From Corallococcus sp. NCRR (GTDB taxonomy: Bacteria > Myxococcota > Myxococcia > Myxococcales > Myxococcaceae): DNA of 64,000 bases. Location: positions 7,971,461 to 8,035,460 of the forward strand of contig NZ_CP114039.1 in the NCBI RefSeq assembly GCF_026965535.1. The letters run 5' to 3'. Position numbers and translations under genes: made by a program. Shown here piece by piece: positions 49,078 through 58,140 of the stretch; within the stretch, counting starts at the first letter, position 1, and each line of letters starts with the position of its first letter. The notes under the pieces are model-generated. The model was given only the letters and a program-made list of their open reading frames with translations. It was not told the origin of the DNA and did no database searches.

Positions 49078-51174
49078 TCAGGGGGCGCGGGTGCGGACGA
49101 TGACGTCGTCGATGATCGTGCCCTCCAGGAGCGCGTCCACCACGTCCATGCCTCGAACCACTTCACCGAAGGCCGTGTAGCGGCCATCCAGGTGCGGCTG
49201 CGGTGAGTGGGTGAAGAAGAACTGGCTGCCGCCGGTGTCCTTGCCCGACAGCGCCATGCCCACCGTGCCCCGCGCATACGTCCGGCGCGTCATCTCGCAG
49301 CGGATGGAGTAGCCGGGGCCACCCTCCCCGTCTCCGCGCGGGTCTCCGCCCTGCGCGACGAAGTCCGGCACCACGCGGTGGAAGGTGATGCCCCGGAAGT
49401 AGCCCTGCTTCGCGAGCGCCACCAGGTTGCCGCCCGTGAGCGGCGCTTCCGGATCCAACAGGACGGTGATGTCGCCCTTGCGCGTGCGCAGCGTGAGCGT
49501 CGTGCCGGAGGGCGCGGCGGGCGGACGGTACGTCTCCGGAGGCAGCTCCACGCGGGCGGAACGGACCCGAGCGCCCGTGAGGGACGTGAGGGACTCGGCC
49601 GCGACCCGGCGCACGTTCGCGTGCGGATGCGCCAGCCATTCGCGCAGGCGGGGTTCCGCGGCCTTTCCCTGCAACGCGACCAGCGCGCCGGCCACCGCCT
49701 CCGCCAGGTCCGGCTCCTTGGGGACGCGGTCGGCCAAAGCCTGCACCGCGGTCAGGGCCTCGGCGTCCTTCAGCTTGCCGGCGGCGGCCGCGGCCAGCCC
49801 CGCCACCACCGCGTCCCCTCCTCCGATGAGCGCGCGGATGGGCGCCATCGCCTCGGGCACGGGGCGCTCGGAGAGGGCGTCCAGCGCGGCGCCGCGCACG
49901 ATGGCGCTCACGTGGTCCAGGTAGGGCACCGCGAACGCGGCGCCGGTGGGCGGTCCCTTGAACTGCGCCACCTCGTGCAGTCCCAGCGCGAGCCATCGGG
50001 CTTCGGGGACGCGGCCGTAGCCGCACTGGCGCACCTGCTCCAGCGGGCCCTGCTGCCGGTCCATGGCCGCCGCGAAACGGCAGTCCAGCCAGGCGAGGTC
50101 CGCGCGGGCTTCGTCGGACACGGCGGCGCGGTCTGCTTCCGCCAGCGCACTCCTCATGCGCGACAACACCGGCCGGCCCTGGAGCGGAAGTCCCTGCTGC
50201 GCCACCGCCAGCAACGCGTGGCCCTGGGCCGCCTTTCCCTCCGCGACCTGCTTCGCCCGGTACACCTGGCCTTCCAGCGCGAGCAGCGGCTCACAGGGCG
50301 GGCCGGCCTCGCACTTCGCGGCGAGCTTCGCCAGCGCACGCGCCACCTCCGCCGACGCGCGGGACGTGGCATGGCCCAACATCCGGTTCAGCGCCAGCGC
50401 GTCCCGCGGGCTGCCCAGGTCGCCCAGGCTCTTCACGCACGGGGCCATCACATCCGTTATCGGATTGGCCACGCAGGAGCGGAGCGCATCCACGCCGTCC
50501 AGCCGCTTCGACGCCGCCAGGAGGTACGCCCCGGCGACGTTCACCTCGCTCCGCAAGCGGGGATCCAGCAGCGCGCGGATCGTCTCCAGGGGGACGTTCG
50601 CCACGGCCTCGGGCCCGGCCTTGCGCGCGGCCACGCCCAACGCCGTCGCCGCGGACGCGGACCAGGGGCCATTGGCCGGAGACAGCCGGGCCGTCAGCAC
50701 CTCCACGGCGCCAGGCGTGGCCAGCTTGCCCAGGGACTCCAGCAGCGTGTTGCGCACCCGGGCGTAGGCTTCCGAGGCCTCGGCGCGCACCAGCGCTTCC
50801 GTGAGCGCCGTCCGTGCGGCCTCCGGAAGCGGCTCCCACGACTGCGCCAGCTCACCCGCCGCGAAGGCGGCCTCTTCGCGCACGGCATTGCGCGGCGCCG
50901 TCAGCCCGACGAGGACGGCCTCCAGCGTCTCCACGTCCTGGATCCGCGCCAGGGCCCGGAGGGCGCGCACGCGCACGACCCCATCCGGCGCGGAGGTGGC
51001 GAGCCGCACCAGCTCACCGCCTCCCAGCGAGCGGCGGTCCTCCCAGTCCTGGATTTGCTCGATGAGCCGGGCGGGCTCGACCGGGGGCGGAGTCACGTCG
51101 GGCGCCGGCACCGAGCGGACACAGGCGCTCACGAGGAGGAGTCCGGCGGACACGGCGGCGGGCAGGCGGGCCAT
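49078..51174 (-). CDS. Lipoprotein with HEAT/PBS-lyase-like repeats fused to a C-terminal cyclophilin-type peptidyl-prolyl isomerase
   Basis: ATG 51174; signal and lipobox (GLLLVSAC|V). ~450 aa of Ala/Leu-rich HEAT-like repeats. C-terminal cyclophilin (…FHRVVPDFVAQGGDP…GTVGMALSGKDTGGSQFFFTHSPQPHLDGRYTAFGEVV…). Confidence 0.7.
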   Translation of the reverse strand: MARLPAAVSAGLLLVSACVRSVPAPDVTPPPVEPARLIEQIQDWEDRRSLGGGELVRLATSAPDGVVRVRALRALARIQDVETLEAVLVGLTAPRNAVREEAAFAAGELAQSWEPLPEAARTALTEALVRAEASEAYARVRNTLLESLGKLATPGAVEVLTARLSPANGPWSASAATALGVAARKAGPEAVANVPLETIRALLDPRLRSEVNVAGAYLLAASKRLDGVDALRSCVANPITDVMAPCVKSLGDLGSPRDALALNRMLGHATSRASAEVARALAKLAAKCEAGPPCEPLLALEGQVYRAKQVAEGKAAQGHALLAVAQQGLPLQGRPVLSRMRSALAEADRAAVSDEARADLAWLDCRFAAAMDRQQGPLEQVRQCGYGRVPEARWLALGLHEVAQFKGPPTGAAFAVPYLDHVSAIVRGAALDALSERPVPEAMAPIRALIGGGDAVVAGLAAAAAGKLKDAEALTAVQALADRVPKEPDLAEAVAGALVALQGKAAEPRLREWLAHPHANVRRVAAESLTSLTGARVRSARVELPPETYRPPAAPSGTTLTLRTRKGDITVLLDPEAPLTGGNLVALAKQGYFRGITFHRVVPDFVAQGGDPRGDGEGGPGYSIRCEMTRRTYARGTVGMALSGKDTGGSQFFFTHSPQPHLDGRYTAFGEVVRGMDVVDALLEGTIIDDVIVRTRAP

Positions 51175-51261
51175 GTTCGAATGGGCTAGGTCAATTCTCC
51201 GCGAAAATCCAGGGGTTATGGCGCTGAACAGGTTTGACAGCCCCGCGCCGGGGCCGGGAAG

Positions 51262-52242
51262 ATGTCGGGCCGTTTCCCCCCTCCCGGAGCACCGGCCCTG
51301 AACTGCCCAGGCTGCAATCGCAAGGTCGCGGAAGACACCGCCATCTGCCCCCACTGCGACCACATCATCGACGAGTCCTTCCTTGGGGGAGCCGGGGATG
51401 CGGGGGACTCCGGCGGCGAGGACGAGAGCACCGGCGTCCGGCCTCCGCCGCGCTCGCGGCCCCCTCCGGCCCGCGCCGCTCCGGAGCCTCGTGCGCGCCC
51501 CGCTCCGGCCCGCGCCAGGACGGGCGCCCGCCCCGCCGCGCCGCCGCCGAGCGACGACGCCACCAACGTGCGGAGCATGGACGACATCGCCCGGGAGAAG
51601 GCCCAGCGCGCCGCGGCTCCCGCCCGGGGCGGTGGCGCCGCCAAGGCCGCTCGCGCCCCGGCTCCCCGCCGCGCCCCGGCGCCCGCTCCTGTCGAGGAGG
51701 ATGAGGACGACGTGGGCGACGCGGTGGCGGACCCCTGGTCCCGCGAGGCCCGGGAGCTGGAGTCGCCCCGCTCCCCCATCGACGATCCGGAGGTCCTGCT
51801 GGATGACGCGCGCTCGTTCCTGCGCGAGCTGCAAGGCGGCGACCGCATCGCGTTCTGGGGCGCGACGCTGGTGGTGCTCTCCTGCTTCATGCCCTGGAAG
51901 GAGACGGCGGCGGACGGCGACTTCCTGGGCCTCATCAGCCTGGGGTTCGTGTCCTTCATCTTCGCCGTGGCGACCATGGTCTTCGTGGGCCTGCGGGCGC
52001 GTGAGGTGATGACCTGGGTGAACCCCATGCTGCCGTGGGGCGCGCAGATGGTCTGCAGCGTGGTGACCCTCATCTGGTCGCTGGTGTTCCTGAAGCTGTC
52101 CTCGGACACCACGCTCGTGCCGTCGCCGCTGGGCAACGCGGAGATGATGAACTCGTCACCGAGCATCGGCTGCTTCCTGGGCATCCTCGGCGGCGTCATC
52201 GCGGTGCTGGGCACCTTGATGGGCCTGAAGCGCCAGGAGTAG
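51262..52242 (+). CDS. Zinc-ribbon / Pro-Ala-rich / C-terminal multi-TM membrane protein of unknown function
   Basis: N-terminal CxxC…CxxC (CPGCNRKVAEDTAICPHCDH). A ~150-aa disordered P/A/R linker. The C-terminus has 3-4 TM helices (…LVVLSCFMPW…FIFAVATMVFVGL…LIWSLVFL…). Confidence 0.55.
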   Translation: MSGRFPPPGAPALNCPGCNRKVAEDTAICPHCDHIIDESFLGGAGDAGDSGGEDESTGVRPPPRSRPPPARAAPEPRARPAPARARTGARPAAPPPSDDATNVRSMDDIAREKAQRAAAPARGGGAAKAARAPAPRRAPAPAPVEEDEDDVGDAVADPWSREARELESPRSPIDDPEVLLDDARSFLRELQGGDRIAFWGATLVVLSCFMPWKETAADGDFLGLISLGFVSFIFAVATMVFVGLRAREVMTWVNPMLPWGAQMVCSVVTLIWSLVFLKLSSDTTLVPSPLGNAEMMNSSPSIGCFLGILGGVIAVLGTLMGLKRQE

Positions 52243-52298
52243 GCCCGAGGATTTCGCTGCCGCGCCGGACGTGAGGCGGGCTACCGTCGCCCGCCACC

Positions 52299-53234
52299 AT
52301 GTCCGACGCCACGCCCCTCTCCCGCCTCCTCGACGCGCTGGGCTCGGCCGTCGTGGGCCAGCCCCGCGTGCTGGCCGACCTGGTGACGGCCTTCCTCGCG
52401 CGCGGCCACGTGCTGCTGGAGGGTGTGCCCGGGGTCGCCAAGACGCTCACCGCGCGCAGCATGGCGGGGGCGCTGGGCCTGTCCTTCTCCCGCGTGCAGT
52501 TCACCCCGGACCTGATGCCCGCGGACATCCTGGGCACCAACGTCTTCCAGCCCCAGGCGCAGACCTTCCGCCTGATGAAGGGCCCCGTCTTCACGGAGGT
52601 CCTGGTCGCGGATGAAATCAACCGCACGCCGCCCAAGACGCAGGCCGCACTGCTGGAGGCCATGGAGGAGCGGCAGGTCACCATCGATGGCGTCACCCAC
52701 GCGCTGCCGCCGCACTTCTTCGTCGTCGCCACGCAGAACCCGCTGGAGCTGGAGGGCACCTATCCCCTCCCCGAGGCGCAGCTGGACCGCTTCCTCATGC
52801 GCGTGCGCGTGGGCTACCCGGATGGCGACGCGGAAGAGGCCCTCCTGCGCGCCTTCCACCAGCGCGAGGGCCGGCCGCCCGCCGTGTCCCGCGTGCTGGA
52901 CGCCGCGACGCTGACGGAGTTGCAGGACCGCGCCGCGCGCGTCGCGTGTGACGACTCCATCCTCCAGTACGTGGTGCAGCTCGTGCGCGACACCCGCGCC
53001 CATCCCCGCGTGCGGCTGGGCGCGAGCCCCCGCGCCGCGCAGGCCCTGCTCGCGGCGGCCAAGGCACACGCGGCGCTCCGGGGCACCGACTTCGTCACCC
53101 CGGACGACGTGAAGGCCGTCACGCCGAGCGTCCTCAACCACCGCCTCCTCCTCAAGGCCGAGGCGGAGGTGGAGGGCGTCACCGCGGACGACGTGCTGAA
53201 GCAGCTGCTCGAACGGGTGCGAGTGCCCCGGTGA
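52299..53234 (+). CDS. MoxR-family AAA+ ATPase
   Basis: Walker A (GVPGVAKT) and Walker B (VLVADEINR), with the MoxR-typical sensor regions. Confidence 0.8.
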   Translation: MSDATPLSRLLDALGSAVVGQPRVLADLVTAFLARGHVLLEGVPGVAKTLTARSMAGALGLSFSRVQFTPDLMPADILGTNVFQPQAQTFRLMKGPVFTEVLVADEINRTPPKTQAALLEAMEERQVTIDGVTHALPPHFFVVATQNPLELEGTYPLPEAQLDRFLMRVRVGYPDGDAEEALLRAFHQREGRPPAVSRVLDAATLTELQDRAARVACDDSILQYVVQLVRDTRAHPRVRLGASPRAAQALLAAAKAHAALRGTDFVTPDDVKAVTPSVLNHRLLLKAEAEVEGVTADDVLKQLLERVRVPR

Positions 53235-54556
53235 GCCCAGGGCGCCCCGTCCCCAGCGGCCTCGCCGTGGCGCTGTTCGCCGGAGCGCTGGTGCCCGCCG
53301 CGCTCGCGGTGGCGAGCCCCGCCTTCGGGTGGCTGGCGCTCGCGGTGGACGTGGCCGTCCTGCTCCTGTGCGCGGTGGACTTCCTGCGCGCGCCGCGGGC
53401 CCATGACGTCGACGCGCGCCGCGAGGTGGAGCCCATCCTCTCCTCCGGCGTGGACAACACCGTGCGCTGGGAGTTGCGTTCGCGCACGGACCGGCCCGTG
53501 CGCGGCGAGCTGCGCGACGAGCCGCCCCTGGACGTGGAGAGCCACGGCCACCGTCAGCCCTTCACGCTGGAGCCGAAGGACGCCGCGCGCCTGACGTACC
53601 GCGTGCACCCTCCCTCCCGGGGCGACGCGCGCTTTGGCGACGTGAACCTGCGCCTGATGGGGCCCCTGGGCCTGTGCTCGCGGCAGGTGCGGCTGCCCGC
53701 GGGCCAGGACGTGAAGGTGTATCCGGACCTGCGCGCCCTTTCGCGGGAAGCGCTGACGCTGGCGCGCGCGGCGGAGGCCGTGTCCGCGCGCACGCTCCTG
53801 CGCAAGTCCGTGGAGGGCCGCGAGTTCGAGTCGCTGCGCGAGTACCGCCCCGGCGACGACTACCGGCACATCGACTGGAAGTCCTCCGCGCGCCACGGCC
53901 ACACGCTGGTGCGCACGTGGCAGCCGGAGCGCAACCAGCCGGTGCTGCTGCTTTTGGACTGCGGCCGTCACATGGCGGGCCGGGTGCAGGGCCGCCGGAA
54001 GCTGGACCACGCGGTGGACGCGGCGCTCCGGCTGGCGCGCGTGAGCCTGGACGCGGGGGACGTGGTGGGCGTGCTCGCGTTCGCCAGCGACGTGCGCGCC
54101 TTCCTGCCCCCGCGAAAGGGCGCGGAGCACCTGCGCCTCATCACCGAGTCCCTCTACCGCGCGGAGGCCGGCCTGGAGGAGAGCGACTACGGCCGCGCGT
54201 TCGACTTCGCCTTCGCCCGCCAGACGCGCCGCGCGCTGGTGGTGCTCTTCACGGACCTGGTGGATCCGGACGCGTCCTCGGCGCTCCTCACGCGCACGCT
54301 GGCCCTGCGCCCCCGGCACCTGCCCGTCGTCGCGTCACTGCTGGACGAGGACCTGGAGGCCGCCGCCACGGACGTGCCCGGCGACGCGACGTCCGCCTAC
54401 GCGCGGCAGGCCGCCTCCCGCATGGAGTCCGAGTACCGCCGCACCGCCACCACGCTGCGCGACGCGGGGGCGCTGGTGGTGCGCGCGCCGGCACGCGGCT
54501 TCGGCGCCGCTGCACTCAACGTGTACCTGGACGTGAAGGCGCGCGGGCGGCTCTGA
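53231..54556 (+). CDS. DUF58 protein (MoxR partner, vWA-like)
   Basis: DUF58 signature …FESLREYRPGDDYRHIDWKSSAR…LLLLDCGRHMAG…; N-terminal TM pair. The start overlaps the MoxR stop. Confidence 0.75.
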   Translation: MSPGRPVPSGLAVALFAGALVPAALAVASPAFGWLALAVDVAVLLLCAVDFLRAPRAHDVDARREVEPILSSGVDNTVRWELRSRTDRPVRGELRDEPPLDVESHGHRQPFTLEPKDAARLTYRVHPPSRGDARFGDVNLRLMGPLGLCSRQVRLPAGQDVKVYPDLRALSREALTLARAAEAVSARTLLRKSVEGREFESLREYRPGDDYRHIDWKSSARHGHTLVRTWQPERNQPVLLLLDCGRHMAGRVQGRRKLDHAVDAALRLARVSLDAGDVVGVLAFASDVRAFLPPRKGAEHLRLITESLYRAEAGLEESDYGRAFDFAFARQTRRALVVLFTDLVDPDASSALLTRTLALRPRHLPVVASLLDEDLEAAATDVPGDATSAYARQAASRMESEYRRTATTLRDAGALVVRAPARGFGAAALNVYLDVKARGRL

Positions 54557-54649
54557 GCGCTCGCGATGCATTCGTCAAGCCCTTTGAAACAATCCACCGC
54601 TCGCGCGCGCATGCGACGTTCCGCCGAACAGCACGCTTGCCAATCGCGC

Positions 54650-54671
54650 GGAGGCCGAGTTTTCGGCCTCC
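54650..54671. terminator. Stem-loop, likely terminator, downstream of the MoxR-DUF58 operon
   Basis: Perfect 9-bp stem GGAGGCCGA-gttt-TCGGCCTCC followed by GGGAGGACCCCCTTT. Confidence 0.4.
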
Positions 54672-54770
54672 GGGAGGACCCCCTTTACAGATGCCGATCG
54701 CTGCCCAGAATGGCGCGCCTCAACTGTCGCGCGCACGCGCGCACGCTCCAAACCGGACGGGAGGCGGGAC

Positions 54771-57518
54771 TTGGCGGAGGTCGCGAGGGGTTTGAAGCTG
54801 GAAGTGGAGGCGGACGCCGCGGCCATCGCGGCCCGTGCCGCGGAGGAGCTCGTGGAGGCGGGGCTGACGCCCTTCCACGAGCGGCTCCTCGCAGAGGAAC
54901 TGCTCGCGCGCAGCGGTGACACGCAGCAGCGGCTGGCGAACGCGCTGGCCGAGGCGAAGGTGGACCTCAACCCCCACCAGGTCGAAGCCGCGATGTTCGC
55001 GCTGGACACGCTGTCGCGCGGCGGCTGCATGCTCGCGGACGAGGTGGGCCTGGGGAAGACCATCGAGGCGGGCCTCGTCGTCGCCCAGCTCATGGCGGAG
55101 GGCAAGAACCGCATCCTCATCCTGGCCCCCGCCGTGCTGCGCGCTCAGTGGAACGCGGAGCTGCGCGAGAAGTTCGACCTGGACAGCGTCCTCGTCGACG
55201 GCCGCGACGTGAAGAAGCACAACAACTGCTTCGACCAGCCCTTCCCCGTCATCTGCTCGCACCCGTTCGCCGCGAACAAGTCCGCGCTCGTGTCGGAGAT
55301 CCCCTGGGACCTGGTCATCATCGACGAGGCCCACCGCCTGCGGAACGCGCACCGCCCGAACAACAAGACGGGCCAGGCGCTGCGCGCATCGCTGGCGGGC
55401 CGCCCCAAGCTGCTGCTCACCGCCACCCCGCTCCAGAACGACCTGATGGAGCTGTTCGGCCTGATGTCACTGCTGGACGAGCAGATCCTGGGCCCCGAGC
55501 ACGCCTTCCGCAGCCGCTACCGCGCCGACGAGGGCGGCGGCATGACGGAGGCCGCCGCGTGCGAGCTCAAGGAGCGGCTGGCCCCGGTGGTGCAGCGCAC
55601 GCTGCGCCGTCAGGTACGCGAGTACGTCCGCTACACCAACCGCCGCAGCATCGTGGAGGACTTCCACCCGTCCCCCCAGGAGCACGACCTCTACGAGAAG
55701 GTCAGCGAGTACCTGCAGCGTTCGGAGGCCGCGGCCATCGAGCCGGGCAAGAAGACGCTCCTGACGCTGTGCTACCGCAAGCTCCTGGCCTCCTCCACGT
55801 TCGCCATCGCGCCCACGCTGCGGCGGCTGTCGGAGAACCTGGAGAAGCGCCTGACGGCCGCGCGGCTGGGACAGCAGGCCCTGTCGCTCTTCGAGCCGGA
55901 AGAGGCCAGGCAGTTCGTGGAGGAAGGCGAGGAGTGGTCCGACGACCCCGCCAAGGCGCCCCAGGTCCGCACGCTGGAGCAGGAGGTCTGGGAGCTGCGC
56001 CAGTACGCGGACCTCGCGGACTCCATCCGCATCAACGCCAAGGGTGAGGCGCTCAAGCGCGCGCTGGACCGCACCTTCGCGGTGATGCGCACGCACTCCT
56101 GGCCGGAGAAGGCGCTCATCTTCACGGAGTCCAAGCGCACGCAGCAGTACCTCTTCAACCTGCTGTCGGAGCACGGCTACAAGGACAAGATTTCGCTGCT
56201 GTCCGGTGACGCCGGCGGCACCCCCGAGGAGCGCCGGGCGCTGGTGGAGGAGTTCCGCCACAAGACGCAGATCCTCATCTGCACGGAAGCGGGCGCGGAG
56301 GGGCTCAACCTCCAGTTCTGCAACCTGGTGGTGAACTACGACCTGCCGTGGAACCCGCAGCGCGTGGAGCAGCGAATCGGCCGGTGCCACCGCTACGGCC
56401 AGCAGCGCGACGTGCTGGTGGTGAACTTCCTCAACCGGCAGAACGCGGCGGACGCGCGCCTGTTCGAGCTCCTGGAGAAGAAGCTCAACCTCTTCGACGG
56501 CGTGTTCGGCGCGTCCGACGAGATCCTGGGCGCGCTGGAGAGCGGCGTCGACTTCGAGCGCCGCGTGCTGGACATCTACCAGTCCTGCCGCGACCCGAAG
56601 GACATCAACGTCGCCTTCGACAAGCTGCGCGAGGAGCTGGAGGGCAGCATCAACCAGCGCATGACGTCCATGCGCTCGGTGGTGCTGGAGCGCTTCGACG
56701 GCGACGTGCGCCGCCGCCTGCGCGTGGCGGGAGACGCAGCCAAGGAGGTCGTGGCCAAACGCCAGCAGGAGGCGAAGGCGCTCACCGGCTCCGTGCTGGG
56801 CAGCCGCACCTCCGGACGGCTCCAGGTGGCCAAGGCCGCCTACGCGGTGCGCGACCGCACCCAGGACACCGTCAGCTACCTGCAACTGGACGCGGCGGGG
56901 CTCCCCTCGCGGCTGGCGCGGCTGGCTGGCAGCGAGGGCTGGTGGTTCGTCTACAAGTTCGAGACGACGGGCCTCAAGCCGGAGGAGAAGCTGGTCCACC
57001 TGGTGCTGGTGAAGGACCGGGACGGCGGCTTCCGCGCCCTGCCGCTGACGGACGGTGTCCACTTCACGAAGCTCGACGCCAAGGAAGAGAAGCGCCGGCA
57101 GCCCGCGCCGGTGTCGGTCCAGCTCATGCAAGAGCAGTCGCTCATGACCGCCAAGGATGAGCTGATCCGGGCCGCGGAACGGCGCAACGCGTTGGAGCTG
57201 GACAAGGCCAAGGAGCGCGCGGACCGCTACGTCGAGGACTGCCTGATGGAGTCGCGAGAGGTGGTGGAGTCCGCCCGCCAGGCGTGGTTCGACGCGCGCA
57301 AGGAGGTGTCCGGCATCGAGGACGTCGCGGAGCGCGCGAAGGCCCGGGCGCACTCGGACCGGCTGGAGCGTGACTACCGCCGCAAGCTGGCGTCGCTGCG
57401 CAACGAGGAGGAGAAGCGCTACGCCTCCAAGGACCGTCAGATGGCGGAGCTGGCGAACAAGGCGCGCGTGACGGAGAAGCGCACGCTCATCGCCTCCGCA
57501 TACTTCTGGCTGTCCTGA
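54771..57518 (+). CDS. SNF2-family ATPase, RapA/HepA-like (RNA-polymerase-associated)
   Basis: SNF2 motif I (LADEVGLGKTIEAG), motif II (DEAHRLRN), motif III (LLLTATPLQN) and helicase-C (…LICTEAGAEGLNLQ…DLPWNPQRVEQRIGRCHRYGQ). These are colinear with E. coli RapA. The start may lie upstream of 54771 (alternative GTG/TTG). Confidence 0.7.
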   Translation: MAEVARGLKLEVEADAAAIAARAAEELVEAGLTPFHERLLAEELLARSGDTQQRLANALAEAKVDLNPHQVEAAMFALDTLSRGGCMLADEVGLGKTIEAGLVVAQLMAEGKNRILILAPAVLRAQWNAELREKFDLDSVLVDGRDVKKHNNCFDQPFPVICSHPFAANKSALVSEIPWDLVIIDEAHRLRNAHRPNNKTGQALRASLAGRPKLLLTATPLQNDLMELFGLMSLLDEQILGPEHAFRSRYRADEGGGMTEAAACELKERLAPVVQRTLRRQVREYVRYTNRRSIVEDFHPSPQEHDLYEKVSEYLQRSEAAAIEPGKKTLLTLCYRKLLASSTFAIAPTLRRLSENLEKRLTAARLGQQALSLFEPEEARQFVEEGEEWSDDPAKAPQVRTLEQEVWELRQYADLADSIRINAKGEALKRALDRTFAVMRTHSWPEKALIFTESKRTQQYLFNLLSEHGYKDKISLLSGDAGGTPEERRALVEEFRHKTQILICTEAGAEGLNLQFCNLVVNYDLPWNPQRVEQRIGRCHRYGQQRDVLVVNFLNRQNAADARLFELLEKKLNLFDGVFGASDEILGALESGVDFERRVLDIYQSCRDPKDINVAFDKLREELEGSINQRMTSMRSVVLERFDGDVRRRLRVAGDAAKEVVAKRQQEAKALTGSVLGSRTSGRLQVAKAAYAVRDRTQDTVSYLQLDAAGLPSRLARLAGSEGWWFVYKFETTGLKPEEKLVHLVLVKDRDGGFRALPLTDGVHFTKLDAKEEKRRQPAPVSVQLMQEQSLMTAKDELIRAAERRNALELDKAKERADRYVEDCLMESREVVESARQAWFDARKEVSGIEDVAERAKARAHSDRLERDYRRKLASLRNEEEKRYASKDRQMAELANKARVTEKRTLIASAYFWLS

Positions 57519-57525
57519 AGCCCCG

Positions 57526-57858
57526 TCACAGGGGCTTGAGCCGCACCCAGGTCGCGCCCCAGCCTCCGTCCGCCTCGGAGGCTGTCTGGAAGCCTTCCAC
57601 CTCCGGCAGCGTGGGCAGCAGGGACTGCACGGTGCGCCTCAGCGCGCCCGTGCCCTTGCCGTGGATGATGCGCACGTCGAGCACGCCCTTCTGGCGGCAG
57701 GCCCAGAGGTACTCGGTGACGAGGTCCTTCACCTCGCGAGGCTGGAAGAGATGCAGGTCGAGGTTCCCATCGACCGGAATTTCTACCGCCTCCAGCTCAT
57801 GGGGCGGCGGCTCCGGCCCCTCCGGTGGCAGGGGCGGGGGTGGCTTTCGGCGTGACAC
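57526..57858 (-). CDS. Smr-domain protein (small MutS-related nuclease domain)
   Basis: Smr core …LDLHLFQPREVKDLVTEYLWACRQKGVLDVRIIHGKGTGALRRTV…; a Pro-rich N-terminus. Confidence 0.65.
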   Translation of the reverse strand: MSRRKPPPPLPPEGPEPPPHELEAVEIPVDGNLDLHLFQPREVKDLVTEYLWACRQKGVLDVRIIHGKGTGALRRTVQSLLPTLPEVEGFQTASEADGGWGATWVRLKPL

Positions 57859-58108
57859 CGTAGCGGGCCTCCTCCTGGCGCTGCTTCTCCTCGGCCGCCA
57901 GGCGCTGACGCTCTCGCGCCAGCCGGAACTGCTCCTTGAGGCTGGTGATCTCCCCCTTGAGCGAGGCGACGTCTTCCTTCACCGCTCGCGGGGGGCTTTC
58001 GCCAGGCAGGTCCACGTGATTGCCCGCACGCCTGCCCTCCGAGCCGGCTCCACCGGCGGAGGTCATCTGCATCAACAGCGCGGCCAGGGTCATCACCATC
58101 ATGCCCAA
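57797..58108 (-). CDS. Possible small secreted coiled-coil protein
   Basis: Hydrophobic N-terminus MGMMVMTLAALLMQMTSAGG and a charged helical C-terminus. It overlaps the Smr start by ~60 nt; it could be a frame artefact. Confidence 0.3.
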   Translation of the reverse strand: MGMMVMTLAALLMQMTSAGGAGSEGRRAGNHVDLPGESPPRAVKEDVASLKGEITSLKEQFRLARERQRLAAEEKQRQEEARYGVTPKATPAPATGGAGAAAP

Positions 58109-58140
58109 TCACGTAAGCAAGCGCCGTGCTCGCGCGCAAG

